Source: Altibacter sp. (GTDB lineage Bacteria > Bacteroidota > Bacteroidia > Flavobacteriales > Flavobacteriaceae). From it: a stretch of 46,731 nt of DNA. The stretch covers positions 1 to 46,731 of the forward strand of contig JANQOS010000079.1 of the NCBI GenBank assembly GCA_028285705.1, written 5' to 3'. Below the pieces are notes generated by a model. It saw nothing but the letters and a program-made list of their open reading frames with translations, did no database searches and had not been told where the DNA came from. This document shows, piece after piece, positions 18,272 through 29,484 of this stretch. Every line of letters begins with the position of its first letter. Position 1 is the first letter of the stretch. The position numbers and the translations under genes are program-made.

Positions 18272-19906
18272 TTGCATATGAAGATCATGAATACATTGCC
18301 AAAGTTAGCGGCAATATTTATATTTATAGTAGCCTTAGCCTCCTGTGAAGAGGATTTTGAACCTTTGGTTTCAAATATTGGAGTGCAAAACTTTGATTCG
18401 GACCTATACACAAGTAACAAAATTGCGGCCTACAGCAAAAAATTGTCTCCTGTACAGACCAATGCCCTGCCGTATTATCAACTGGGGGTTTATAATGACC
18501 CTCTTTATGGAAAGTCTACCGTAAACTTACTATCGCAGGTTATAATGGACGATCCGGACCCGGATTTTGGAGATAGTACAGAACTAAAAAGTGTGTACCT
18601 GTATATTCCTTTCTTTGCCGAAGGAACTGCTTCAGGTGATGAGACAACATATACTCTGGACTCTATTTATGGTTCTCAACCAATAAATATAAAAATTTAC
18701 GAATCAAATTATTTCCTGAGGGATTTAGATCCAAATGAAAATTTTGAAGAACTTCAAAGATACTATGCGGATCAAAAACAACTTTTCGAGGACAATTTGA
18801 TAGATGCTAGTTCTGGGGGCAGAAATTTTTTGACCACAACAATTGAAGATTTCATTCCAAGTTCTGAAGAGATAATAGTAACGGAGGATGATGATACAAC
18901 CGATGATGTAGATGAAGAAGAGAAATTACCACCGGGATTAAGGGTTGAACTGCCTGTAGACTTTTTTAAAGCAAAGATTATAGATAAAGAAGGTGGCCCG
19001 GAGCTTATAAACAACAACAATTTCAAAGAATATTTTAGAGGCATTTACTTTGAAGTAACTTCAGATAGCGACGATGGAACCCTTTTTGGATTTGATGTGG
19101 CCGAAACAAAAATTACTCTTAATTACACACGTGTTGTAACTACAACAAGTGGCGATACCACAACTTCAGAAACCAGAGATGAAACTTTTGTGCTATCTTT
19201 AGGAGGTGTAAGTGTAAATGTTTTTGATAATGAATTAGATACAACCGTAGAAACAGCACTACAAAATCCCGATGTTGAGAACGGAGAGGAATCATTGTAT
19301 GTAAGAGGTGGAGATGGAATTATAACTGTTGTGGATCTTTTTAAGGATGTTGATGAAAAAGCGGTACTGGATGGAGTATTGGTTGATGGTGAAAATGGAA
19401 TTCCTGATGAGCTGGATTCTTTAAGAGTCCAAAATTGGCTTATCAATGAAGCAAACCTAATATTCTATGTAGATCAAAGCAAAGTTACCGGAGGATCTTC
19501 AGAACCGGATCGTTTGGTTATTTTTGACATAAATAATGGAAGACTGTTATTAGATTATACTTTTGATACCAGTTCATCTGCAGAACCTATCGATGCAAAA
19601 ACGGAACATTTGGGAAGACTGGATAGAGGAAGCGATGAAAACGGAGATTTTTATAAGATAAGAGTTACCAACCATATAAGTAACCTTATTAGAAAGGATT
19701 CAACAAATGTGTCTTTAGGCCTTATGGTTTCTCAAAATGTATTGATCACAGATTTCCAGGATTTAAAAGACACGCAATCTCCGGGAATTGAAAAAATTCC
19801 CGCGGCAAGTATTATTTCTCCGGAAGGAACCGTATTATTTGGAAATAATACTACAGATCAAGATAAAAAATTGAAGCTCCAAATCTATTATACTAAACCT
19901 GACTAA
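18272..19906 (+). CDS. DUF4270-like lipoprotein
   Basis: Lipoprotein signal (IFIFIVALASCEEDF), 544 aa. Its position between the short glgA-like gene and glmS is the arrangement I recall for DUF4270 in Flavobacteriia. There is an acidic tract TEDDDTTDDVDEEEK. The start among three nearby ATGs is uncertain. Confidence 0.6.
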   Translation: MHMKIMNTLPKLAAIFIFIVALASCEEDFEPLVSNIGVQNFDSDLYTSNKIAAYSKKLSPVQTNALPYYQLGVYNDPLYGKSTVNLLSQVIMDDPDPDFGDSTELKSVYLYIPFFAEGTASGDETTYTLDSIYGSQPINIKIYESNYFLRDLDPNENFEELQRYYADQKQLFEDNLIDASSGGRNFLTTTIEDFIPSSEEIIVTEDDDTTDDVDEEEKLPPGLRVELPVDFFKAKIIDKEGGPELINNNNFKEYFRGIYFEVTSDSDDGTLFGFDVAETKITLNYTRVVTTTSGDTTTSETRDETFVLSLGGVSVNVFDNELDTTVETALQNPDVENGEESLYVRGGDGIITVVDLFKDVDEKAVLDGVLVDGENGIPDELDSLRVQNWLINEANLIFYVDQSKVTGGSSEPDRLVIFDINNGRLLLDYTFDTSSSAEPIDAKTEHLGRLDRGSDENGDFYKIRVTNHISNLIRKDSTNVSLGLMVSQNVLITDFQDLKDTQSPGIEKIPAASIISPEGTVLFGNNTTDQDKKLKLQIYYTKPD

Positions 19907-19920
19907 AATCTTATGATGCT

Positions 19921-21768
19921 ATGTGTGGAATCGTTGGTTACATTGGTAAAAGAGAAGCATACCCTATTATTCTTAATGGCTTAAAGCGATTAGAATACAG
20001 AGGATATGATAGTGCCGGTATCGCCTTATATGATGGTGCCGATATTCAGCTCTGTAAAACAAAAGGAAAGGTATCAGACCTTGAAAGCAAGGTTAATGGG
20101 ACCATATCATTAAACGGGAGCCTGGGAATTGGACATACCCGTTGGGCTACTCACGGTATTCCTAATGACATCAATTCGCATCCACACTATTCGCAAAGCG
20201 GGGATTTGGTAATTATCCACAATGGAATTATCGAAAACTATGCTTCCATTAAAAAGGAATTGATAAAAAGAGGGTATAAATTTATTACCGACACAGATAC
20301 CGAAGTACTGGTAAACCTTATTGAAGACATTAAAAAGAATGAAAATGTAAAGCTTGGAAAAGCTGTTCAGATAGCTTTAAACCAAGTGGTGGGAGCTTAT
20401 GCAATTGCACTTTTCGATAGAAATAAACCCGATGAAATTGTAGTTGCAAAACTAGGAAGCCCGTTGGCCATTGGCATAGGTGATGATGAATTTTTTGTAG
20501 CAAGTGACGCTTCCCCTTTTATTGAATTTACAAACAATGCTATCTATCTTGAAGATGAAGAAATGGCTATTATTCGCCGTGGACGAGATGTAAAGGTCCG
20601 TAAGATAAAAGATGATACGCTTGTGGCTCCTTATGTACATGAACTGCAGCTTAATTTAGAACAAATTGAAAAGGGAGGCTTTGATCATTTTATGTTGAAA
20701 GAGATCTACGAGCAGCCTTCGGTAATAAAGGATACATACCGCGGCCGTTTACTTGCAAATAAAGGGATCATTAAGCTTGGCGGACTAGAGGACTATATTG
20801 AGAAATTCACCAATGCGGACCGGATCATTATTGTTGCCTGTGGGACTTCCTGGCATGCCGGGTTAGTAGCCGAGTATATTTTTGAAGATTGGGCGAGAAT
20901 CCCGGTTGAGGTGGAATATGCTTCAGAATTCAGGTATAGAAACCCTATCATTACTGAAAAAGATGTGGTGATTGCAATTTCGCAGAGTGGAGAAACAGCA
21001 GATACGTTGGCAGCAATTAAATTGGCTAAAGAAAAAGGCGCATTTGTTTATGGTATATGTAATGTAGTGGGATCTACGATCTCTCGTGAAACCCATAGTG
21101 GAACCTATACACACGCAGGCCCCGAAATAGGGGTAGCATCTACAAAGGCCTTTACTACACAAATCACTGTGCTTACAATGATCGCTTTGAAATTAGCTAA
21201 AATCAAAGGGACCATTTCCCATACAGATTTCATGCTACACTTGCGTGAGTTGGAAATGATACCAACCAAAGTAGGGGAAACTTTGCAAAGTGACGAACAC
21301 ATTAAAGAGATTGCTGAAATCTTTAAAACAGCAAAGAACTTTTTATACTTAGGTAGAGGATATAGTTTCCCTGTAGCACTAGAAGGGGCTTTAAAGCTAA
21401 AGGAAATATCTTACATTCATGCCGAAGGATATCCCGCAGCCGAAATGAAACATGGCCCCATCGCTCTTATTGATGAGCACATGCCAGTAGTAGTAATTGC
21501 TGTGAACAGTAATCATTATGAAAAGGTTGTAAGCAACATCCAGGAGATCAAGTCCCGAGCAGGAAAGATCATTGCTGTTGTTACAGAAGGAGACACTACA
21601 GTGAGGGAACTGGCAGATTATGTTATGGAAGTGCCTCAAACGCCAGAAGCATTAACGCCTCTTGTAACTACTATTCCATTGCAGTTGCTTTCATACTATA
21701 TTGCTGTGATGCTGGGAAGAAATGTTGACCAGCCACGTAACTTGGCAAAGTCTGTTACAGTAGAATAA
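19921..21768 (+). CDS. glmS: Glutamine--fructose-6-phosphate aminotransferase
   Basis: MCGIVGYIG (N-terminal nucleophile Cys), two SIS domains and the C-terminal ...NLAKSVTVE. 615 aa. Confidence 0.97.
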   Translation: MCGIVGYIGKREAYPIILNGLKRLEYRGYDSAGIALYDGADIQLCKTKGKVSDLESKVNGTISLNGSLGIGHTRWATHGIPNDINSHPHYSQSGDLVIIHNGIIENYASIKKELIKRGYKFITDTDTEVLVNLIEDIKKNENVKLGKAVQIALNQVVGAYAIALFDRNKPDEIVVAKLGSPLAIGIGDDEFFVASDASPFIEFTNNAIYLEDEEMAIIRRGRDVKVRKIKDDTLVAPYVHELQLNLEQIEKGGFDHFMLKEIYEQPSVIKDTYRGRLLANKGIIKLGGLEDYIEKFTNADRIIIVACGTSWHAGLVAEYIFEDWARIPVEVEYASEFRYRNPIITEKDVVIAISQSGETADTLAAIKLAKEKGAFVYGICNVVGSTISRETHSGTYTHAGPEIGVASTKAFTTQITVLTMIALKLAKIKGTISHTDFMLHLRELEMIPTKVGETLQSDEHIKEIAEIFKTAKNFLYLGRGYSFPVALEGALKLKEISYIHAEGYPAAEMKHGPIALIDEHMPVVVIAVNSNHYEKVVSNIQEIKSRAGKIIAVVTEGDTTVRELADYVMEVPQTPEALTPLVTTIPLQLLSYYIAVMLGRNVDQPRNLAKSVTVE

Positions 21769-21886
21769 CAGGAGAAATCAACAAATTTTCATTAACAATC
21801 TTAAGAGAAATCTGGGCTTATCGACAGCTTCAAAAATCACTGCAAAAAATTAAGCATTTCCATTGCAATATTCTAAGAGAAAAAAC

Positions 21887-21894
21887 TATCTTTG
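21887..21894 (+). promoter_or_regulatory. Bacteroidota sigma-A -7 box (TATCTTTG) for atpDC
   Basis: TATCTTTGCACC, with a TTG at 21863-21865 as a possible -33 element, ~60 nt upstream of the atpD ATG. Confidence 0.5.
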
Positions 21895-21934
21895 CACCGT
21901 TGAAAAACGGGGTGTTTTTATCACTCTTAGATAA

Positions 21935-23461
<1,527 letters not shown>

Positions 23462-23531
23462 AATAATAGTATGCAATGGGCAGTAGTAAGTTGATAAAAC
23501 TGAACATTGAATACTTAATACTGAAAAACCT

Positions 23532-23810
23532 ATGTATTTAGAAATTGTAACCCCTGAAGCATCTATAGTATCCGGCGAAGTAGAATCTGTAACTGTACCG
23601 GGAGTAGAAGGACCTTTCCAGATGTTGAAGAATCACGCCGCAATTGTTTCTTTATTGGATGCCGGTAAAGTAAAGTTTAGAGGAAACCCTACTATTGCAG
23701 AAGGTTTCGAAAATAAATTCACCAAAGAAGATACCGGTAAATGGGTATTGGAAATCAACGGTGGTACGGTTGAAATGAACGACAATAAAATAATTGTTTT
23801 AGCAGATTAA
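23532..23810 (+). CDS. atpC: F0F1 ATP synthase subunit epsilon (short form)
   Basis: 92 aa immediately after atpD. MYLEIVTPE...V.SVTVPG.EG.F..L.NHA matches the epsilon N-terminal beta-sandwich. Confidence 0.9.
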   Translation: MYLEIVTPEASIVSGEVESVTVPGVEGPFQMLKNHAAIVSLLDAGKVKFRGNPTIAEGFENKFTKEDTGKWVLEINGGTVEMNDNKIIVLAD

Positions 23811-23835
23811 GTACTAGACTTTAAAATAAATATAT

Positions 23836-23872
23836 AAACTCCAAGTTCTTAAAAGAGCTTGGAGTTTTTATT
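23836..23872 (+). terminator. Rho-independent terminator after atpC
   Basis: Stem AAACTCCAAG (23836-23845) / CTTGGAGTTT (23858-23867) followed by a T-run. Confidence 0.85.
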
Positions 23873-23924
23873 TTATAGATACCCGCTGCTTTTTCAATGA
23901 AAAAAAATCAATTTTTTATGAATT

Positions 23925-23956
23925 CATGCAACCCTTATACTTTTTAAACTGTCTTT
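23925..23956 (+). promoter_or_regulatory. ECF-sigma-type promoter candidate upstream of the TonB-dependent receptor
   Basis: CATGCAACCCTT-N13-TGTCTTT, with AAC to GTC spacing of 18 nt. The 12-mer is identical to the one at 27238-27249. It lies ~35 nt upstream of ATG 23991. Confidence 0.5.
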
Positions 23957-23990
23957 AGCAATATACAATTAGAAAAACCTACAAATTAAC

Positions 23991-26369
23991 ATGACAAAAA
24001 ACATTTTAATAGGCACCTTACTTTTATTTTGTACACAAATACTAGCGCAGGAAAAATACAGTATTAGCGGATATGTAAAAGATCAGGTAAATGGGGAAAC
24101 CGTTCTTGGCGCAACAGTTTACTTAAAAGGGACAACCATTGGTTCCATAACAAACGAATATGGTTTCTTTTCGATAACCGCTCCAAAAGGCACTTACGAA
24201 TTAACCGTCTCTTATGTAGGGTATCAGGAAGTAACCAATACAATTACACTTGATGCCAACCAAAGTATGAACTTTGAAATTACGGAAGCTTCCACAACAC
24301 TTAAGGAAGTTTTAATTGTTGCTGAAAAGCCGGAACGAACCAATATAAAATCACCTCAAATGGGTGTATTTAAGCTGAAGGCGGCAACCATAAAAAAAAT
24401 GCCAGCTGTTCTGGGAGAAGTAGATCTTATAAAGTCAATACAGATGCTTCCGGGAGTGACTAATAATGGAGAAGGAACAGCTGGCTTTAATGTTAGAGGA
24501 GGAGCTGCAGATCAAAATTTAGTACTGCTCGATGAAGCAATTATCTACAATACTTCTCACTTTTTTGGCTTCTTTTCGGTATTTAATCAAGACGCAATTA
24601 AGGATATTAAACTGTACAAAGGAGACATGCCCGCTAATTTTGGAGGAAGAGTTTCTTCGGTTTTGGATGTACGTCAAAAAGATGGTAACAGTAAGAACTT
24701 TGGTCTTACGGGAGGTCTGGGAATTATTTCCAGCAGAGCCGCTGCAGAAGGCCCTTTGTTTGGTGATAAGGGATCCTTCCTTGTAGCGGGAAGGGCATCT
24801 TATGCGCACCTGCTAACAAAAGGAATTAAGGATCTAAAAGATGATAAAGTTTCTTTTTATGACCTTAACCTTAAAACTAATTATGAGATCAATAAAGACA
24901 ACCGGGTATACCTTTCAGGTTATTTTGGAAGAGATATTTTCAATATAAATAAAATAGTAAAGAATAACTACGGTAATGCTTCAGGAAACTTACGATGGAA
25001 CCATGTATTTAACGACAAGCTTTTTTCAAATTTGTCTTTGATATATAGTAAGTATGATTACCAATTGATCTTAGAGTTTATAAAACTGGATTGGAATGCA
25101 GATATCAAAAATTATAATTTGAAGTATGACCTGGGATACTATGCCAATGAGAATTTAAAAATAGATTTTGGGGTAAACGGAATCTTGTACCGCCTTAACC
25201 CCGGAGAAGTTAGGCCTACAGCCGATAACTCTGCAATCAATTATTTAAAATTGGATCAAAAAAGAGCTTTTGAAGGAGGAGCCTATGCAAGTGTAGAACA
25301 CAAATTAACTCCAAAACTTACAGCAAGATACGGGATGCGGTATAGTACATTTTCAAGACTTGGAGGCCAGAATATGGTAAATTACGTTAACGATCAACCT
25401 GTGGTATATAACAGCGAGTTAGGTATTTATGAAGAAGGAATTGCCGAAAGTGAAACAACATTTAAAAAAGGAGAAACTATCAAAAATTTTGGAAATCTGG
25501 AGCCTCGTTTTGGAATATCATATCAATTAAACGAGTCGTCCTCGGTGAAGGCAAGTTATACCAGGGCATCTCAATACCTGCATTTGTTATCCAATACTTC
25601 TTCGGTAACTCCATTAGATGTTTGGGCACCTAGTGGAAAATACATAAAACCACAATTGTCAAATCAATATGCGGTCGGGTACTACAAGAACTTTAAAGAT
25701 GATACGTATTCTATAGAAGTAGAATCTTATTACAAGACAGTGGATAATAGAATAGATTATGTAGACGGATCTGATATTATAGGAACTAATACTATAGAAA
25801 CTGAAATATTGAACGGTGAGGCGAGAGCCTATGGTTTGGAGTTTTTACTACGAAAAAATAAAGGAAAATTTACGGGTTGGCTCGCTTACACAATTTCAAA
25901 GTCCGAACAACGCTCATTAGGGGGTAATGCCGGAGGCCCCGGAATTAATGATGGAAAATGGTATAATACACCTTATGACCGAACTCACGATTTCTCAGCT
26001 ACGGGAGCCTATAAATTGACAGATAAATGGAACTTAAGCGCAAACCTGGTTTTCCAAACGGGAAGACCGGTAACCTATCCCAATGGGCAGTATGAGTATG
26101 AAGGTCTATCAATAGCAAGTTATTCAGATAGAAACGCAGATAGACTTCCGGCTTATCACAGATTGGATATTTCGGCAACATACAAGCCTAATAACAAGCC
26201 AAACAAGAGATGGAAGGGAGAATGGGTTTTTGGTATTTATAATGTATATAATCGTAGAAATGCAGCTTCCATTTCTTTTAACCAAAATATGGATAACGGG
26301 CAAAATGAAGCGACAAGAACAGCTATTTTTGGTATTATACCTTCTATAACCTATAATTTTAAATTTTAA
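23991..26369 (+). CDS. TonB-dependent receptor with N-terminal carboxypeptidase-regulatory-like domain
   Basis: Signal peptide, then YSISGYVKD..NGE.V.GATVYLKG...T.EYGFFSI (CarbopepD_reg-like), a plug domain (DLIKSIQMLPGV...RGG) and a 22-strand-type barrel ending ...IIPSITYNFKF. There is no STN signalling domain. Confidence 0.9.
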   Translation: MTKNILIGTLLLFCTQILAQEKYSISGYVKDQVNGETVLGATVYLKGTTIGSITNEYGFFSITAPKGTYELTVSYVGYQEVTNTITLDANQSMNFEITEASTTLKEVLIVAEKPERTNIKSPQMGVFKLKAATIKKMPAVLGEVDLIKSIQMLPGVTNNGEGTAGFNVRGGAADQNLVLLDEAIIYNTSHFFGFFSVFNQDAIKDIKLYKGDMPANFGGRVSSVLDVRQKDGNSKNFGLTGGLGIISSRAAAEGPLFGDKGSFLVAGRASYAHLLTKGIKDLKDDKVSFYDLNLKTNYEINKDNRVYLSGYFGRDIFNINKIVKNNYGNASGNLRWNHVFNDKLFSNLSLIYSKYDYQLILEFIKLDWNADIKNYNLKYDLGYYANENLKIDFGVNGILYRLNPGEVRPTADNSAINYLKLDQKRAFEGGAYASVEHKLTPKLTARYGMRYSTFSRLGGQNMVNYVNDQPVVYNSELGIYEEGIAESETTFKKGETIKNFGNLEPRFGISYQLNESSSVKASYTRASQYLHLLSNTSSVTPLDVWAPSGKYIKPQLSNQYAVGYYKNFKDDTYSIEVESYYKTVDNRIDYVDGSDIIGTNTIETEILNGEARAYGLEFLLRKNKGKFTGWLAYTISKSEQRSLGGNAGGPGINDGKWYNTPYDRTHDFSATGAYKLTDKWNLSANLVFQTGRPVTYPNGQYEYEGLSIASYSDRNADRLPAYHRLDISATYKPNNKPNKRWKGEWVFGIYNVYNRRNAASISFNQNMDNGQNEATRTAIFGIIPSITYNFKF

Positions 26370-26373
26370 TAGT

Positions 26374-27216
26374 ATGAAACTTTATATAAAACTGGCAATA
26401 TTAACCTTCGGGATTTTACTATCAAGTTGTGAGGATCCCATCTCGGTAGATTTAAATGATGCACCTCCACGGTTGGTGATTGAAGCTTCTTTGGATCTGC
26501 AAAAAGGCACTCAAGGAAACGATCAAACCATACAGTTAAGCCTTTCCTCTCCTTTTTTTGATAATGATACAGATACTGCTGTTACCGGCGCTTCGGTAGT
26601 TGTGACCAATACAGACACGAATGAAGTATTTTCCTTTGCAGACCAAAACGACGGAAGATATACTACATCTGTATTTAACCCGATTATAAATAACAACTAT
26701 GAGTTGGAGGTTATCTACAATGGTGAGGTGTATATGGCTTCGGAAAAACTGATGTCTGTTTCAGAAATTAAAAGAGTAGAACAATCTTTTGAAGGGGGAT
26801 TTGATGAAGAAGTATTGGATGTTAGCATCTTTTTTGACGATCCCGAAGATGAAGAGAATTATTACTTTGTACGATTAGACGAAGAAGATAATTTCCCAAC
26901 CCTGGAAGCTTTTAAGGATGAATTTATTAATGGTAATGAAATTGATGTATTCTTTGAAAATGACGAAGATGAAGATGACCCAAATGCAGAATTTAACCCC
27001 GGGGATACAGTGGATATTACATTGTATGGTATTTCAAAGCAATATTACAACTACCTCTACCTGCTTATTGAACAATATGATAGTGGCGGGGACCCTTTTA
27101 GTCCAACACCGGCCAGAATCAAAGGTAATTGCATAAATGTTAACAATTCAGATAATTATGCATTTGGATATTTTAGGGTTACCGAGTTTGATACCGTATC
27201 CTATACCTTTGAATGA
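26374..27216 (+). CDS. DUF4249-like lipoprotein (partner of the receptor)
   Basis: Starts 4 nt after the receptor stop. Lipoprotein signal (GILLSSCEDP) and the pattern PPRLVIEASL...Y.L.V...G..Y.A typical of DUF4249 proteins, which pair with this receptor class. Confidence 0.7.
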   Translation: MKLYIKLAILTFGILLSSCEDPISVDLNDAPPRLVIEASLDLQKGTQGNDQTIQLSLSSPFFDNDTDTAVTGASVVVTNTDTNEVFSFADQNDGRYTTSVFNPIINNNYELEVIYNGEVYMASEKLMSVSEIKRVEQSFEGGFDEEVLDVSIFFDDPEDEENYYFVRLDEEDNFPTLEAFKDEFINGNEIDVFFENDEDEDDPNAEFNPGDTVDITLYGISKQYYNYLYLLIEQYDSGGDPFSPTPARIKGNCINVNNSDNYAFGYFRVTEFDTVSYTFE

Positions 27217-27237
27217 TTTCCGTACAAATTTTAAGGG

Positions 27238-27268
27238 CATGCAACCCTTCTTCATTTTAATTGTCTTT
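27238..27268 (+). promoter_or_regulatory. ECF-sigma-type promoter candidate upstream of the ECF sigma gene (autoregulation)
   Basis: CATGCAACCCTT-N12-TGTCTTT, with AAC to GTC spacing of 17 nt, ~50 nt upstream of GTG 27317. Confidence 0.5.
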
Positions 27269-27316
27269 TAAAATAGATAAAGATGCAATTGGAAAATTAG
27301 AATCTTATATACCCGG

Positions 27317-27853
27317 GTGGATAACGCTATAGTTTATAGACATAAAGAGCTTATAGAAAAATGCAAAATGGGAGATCGTAAGATGCAGTACACACTGTAT
27401 TCTCTTTACGTAGATGCCATGTATAATGTAAGTATCCGAATTGTAAAAGTAAAGGAAGATGCAGAAGATGTTGTGCAGGATAGTTTTATAAGCGCCTTTA
27501 AAAACTTAGATTCTTTTAAGTATGAAAGTACTTTTGGTTCCTGGCTTAAACGCATAGTGATCAATAAGAGTATTAATTATTTAAAAATTAAAAAAATTCC
27601 TTTAGTTGCATTAGATGAGGAAAATTGGGAAACCGAACAGGAACCTGAAGAAATCGATGATACACAATTGGATGTTGACAAAATAAAGAAAGGAATACAG
27701 GCATTGCCGGAAGGGTATAAAACCATAATCAATTTATACTTGATCGAAGGATACGATCATGTTGAAATAGGAGAAATACTGGAAATAAGTGTTTCTACAT
27801 CAAAGTCACAATACCATCGGGCAAAAAAGAAATTAATAGAACTAATAGCGTAG
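27317..27853 (+). CDS. ECF-family RNA polymerase sigma-70 factor
   Basis: 178 aa. Region 2 is DAEDVVQDSFISAF...FGSWLKRIVINKSINYL. Region 4 HTH is LPEGYKTIINLYLIEGYDHVEIGEILEISVSTSKSQYHRAKKKL. GTG start. Confidence 0.9.
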   Translation: MDNAIVYRHKELIEKCKMGDRKMQYTLYSLYVDAMYNVSIRIVKVKEDAEDVVQDSFISAFKNLDSFKYESTFGSWLKRIVINKSINYLKIKKIPLVALDEENWETEQEPEEIDDTQLDVDKIKKGIQALPEGYKTIINLYLIEGYDHVEIGEILEISVSTSKSQYHRAKKKLIELIA

Positions 27854-27854
27854 T

Positions 27855-28382
27855 ATGAAAAAGAAGTTAGAAGAATATGTAGCCCAGAACAGGGAAGCGT
27901 TTGATGAGTTCCGGATAGATAAGGAACGTCTGTGGGATCGTATTGAAAAGGAGCTACCGCAAAGTACGACAAAGGTCATTCCGTTATGGAGAAGAACCCG
28001 TTGGCAAGTTGCAGTGAGTATTGTATTGATAATAGGGGGCGGTATGTTTTTTACAAATAGAATGAATGATCCATTTGCAAATCAAGAGTTACAGGAAGTA
28101 GATAATTATTATGGCACCCTGATAAACCGGCAGGTAACATTAATTAAAAACAACCCAAACCTTACCGAAAAAGAAAGAGCGGATTTCTTATTACTAATAG
28201 ACGACCTGGATGCTGAATATGTCAAACTAAAATTAGAATTGAAAGAAGGAATTAATGATAAAAAGATCATGCAGGCAATCATTAATAATTATAGGAAGAA
28301 AATACAATTGATGGAAAATCTTTTGAATAAATCGTATCCGTCTAAAAAAGAAGAAGATGATGAAAAAGCGTATATTTTATAG
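27855..28382 (+). CDS. Single-pass membrane protein, putative anti-sigma factor
   Basis: Starts 1 nt after the sigma stop. It has a ~50-aa cytoplasmic N-terminus, one TM helix (WQVAVSIVLIIGGGMFF) and a helical periplasmic part. There is no zf-HC2 or FecR domain, so the function is inferred from position only. Confidence 0.55.
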   Translation: MKKKLEEYVAQNREAFDEFRIDKERLWDRIEKELPQSTTKVIPLWRRTRWQVAVSIVLIIGGGMFFTNRMNDPFANQELQEVDNYYGTLINRQVTLIKNNPNLTEKERADFLLLIDDLDAEYVKLKLELKEGINDKKIMQAIINNYRKKIQLMENLLNKSYPSKKEEDDEKAYIL

Positions 28383-29451
28383 AAAAACTTTACTATTATT
28401 TGCTTTGCTTGCTGCCTTTATGACAATGGCACAAGAAACGGTAAGTAAACAAATAAAGGAATCGCACCCTTTTCCACAAAACGGAAGCATTTCTCTAACC
28501 AATAAATATGGAGATGTAACTATCTATGGCTGGGATAAAAGTGAAGTGGAAATTACTATTAGAATCGATTCGCAAGGAAAAGATGAGGAAATAGCTAAAG
28601 AGCTACTGGACAGAATTCAACCCGACATAAAGGTTTCAAAGAACAAAATCACCATCACTTCTGTTATCAATAAAAAAGAAGAAGGGATGTTTCGTAAATT
28701 CTTGAATAAGATAAGTGCTACTGTTGGATCTAAAGCAAATTCTCAGATTGACTATACAATTTATGTACCTCAGAACATAGAAATAGAAATAGTAAATAAA
28801 TATGGTGATATAAGGGTTTCAGATTGGGATGGTTATCTTATAGCAAATGTAGAGCATGGAGATGTGAGACTGTCTCACAAGATTAAAGAATCAAATATTT
28901 CAATTAAGTATGGTACACTCAAAGCATTTAATTTGCAAGAAACTACCATCAATGCAAATGATGCTACTTTAAACATTAACAATGCATCACAACTAAAATT
29001 GATATCAAACGGATCTATCATTACACTGGATCAAATGGGAACGATTCAATTGGATTCCAATAAAGATGAAATTGAAATAGCCAGTGTTAAGCAACTGGAT
29101 GGAGAAAGTAAATACGGGACTATAATTGTCAAGCAGCTTTCGGAAAAAATAAATATCGACCTAGACCTTACCGAGCTTAGAATAGCCGGGTTTTCAACCC
29201 CTACACCGGCAGTAAGAATAAATCAAGAAAGCTCTGAAGTGTATGTAAATATTTCGAACACCTCGTTCAAGTTTAACGCAAACCTGGAGCAGGGAGTGCT
29301 TAGGTTACCCAAGACCTTGCAGAATATTCAATCGGATCTATTGGACAAGAAAAATATGATACGAAGCATTAGTGCTACTTATGGAAACCAAACCGGGCGT
29401 ATTTTTTCAGTTATAGGCGTAAAAGGAGTTATTATTCTTAAAGAGCTGTAA
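28357..29451 (+). CDS. Secreted beta-strand-repeat protein (DUF4097 / putative-adhesin-like)
   Basis: Overlaps the preceding gene by 26 nt. Signal peptide LLLFALLAAFMTMAQE. Recurring YGD[VI].[IV]..WD / HGDVRLS / KYGTL strand motifs, as in DUF4097-type beta-helix proteins. Tentative. Confidence 0.5.
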   Translation: MMKKRIFYRKTLLLFALLAAFMTMAQETVSKQIKESHPFPQNGSISLTNKYGDVTIYGWDKSEVEITIRIDSQGKDEEIAKELLDRIQPDIKVSKNKITITSVINKKEEGMFRKFLNKISATVGSKANSQIDYTIYVPQNIEIEIVNKYGDIRVSDWDGYLIANVEHGDVRLSHKIKESNISIKYGTLKAFNLQETTINANDATLNINNASQLKLISNGSIITLDQMGTIQLDSNKDEIEIASVKQLDGESKYGTIIVKQLSEKINIDLDLTELRIAGFSTPTPAVRINQESSEVYVNISNTSFKFNANLEQGVLRLPKTLQNIQSDLLDKKNMIRSISATYGNQTGRIFSVIGVKGVIILKEL

Positions 29452-29484
29452 CACTATTTTTTACTGAATTTAATTATATGACCA

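Noticed and set aside
19907-19920. Possible glmS ribozyme upstream of glmS, and a cobalamin or other riboswitch upstream of the TonB-dependent receptor
   Set aside because: The glmS upstream gap is only 14 nt. The 180-nt region before the receptor is accounted for by a terminator and the promoter-like box, and it shows no conserved riboswitch core sequences.
23898-23948. Mini-ORF MKKNQFFMNSCNPYTF spanning the shared 12-mer upstream of the receptor
   Set aside because: The equivalent mini-ORF at the second copy (27239-27271, MQPFFILIVF) is in a different frame relative to the motif. The conservation is therefore at DNA level and points to a promoter or operator, not a peptide.
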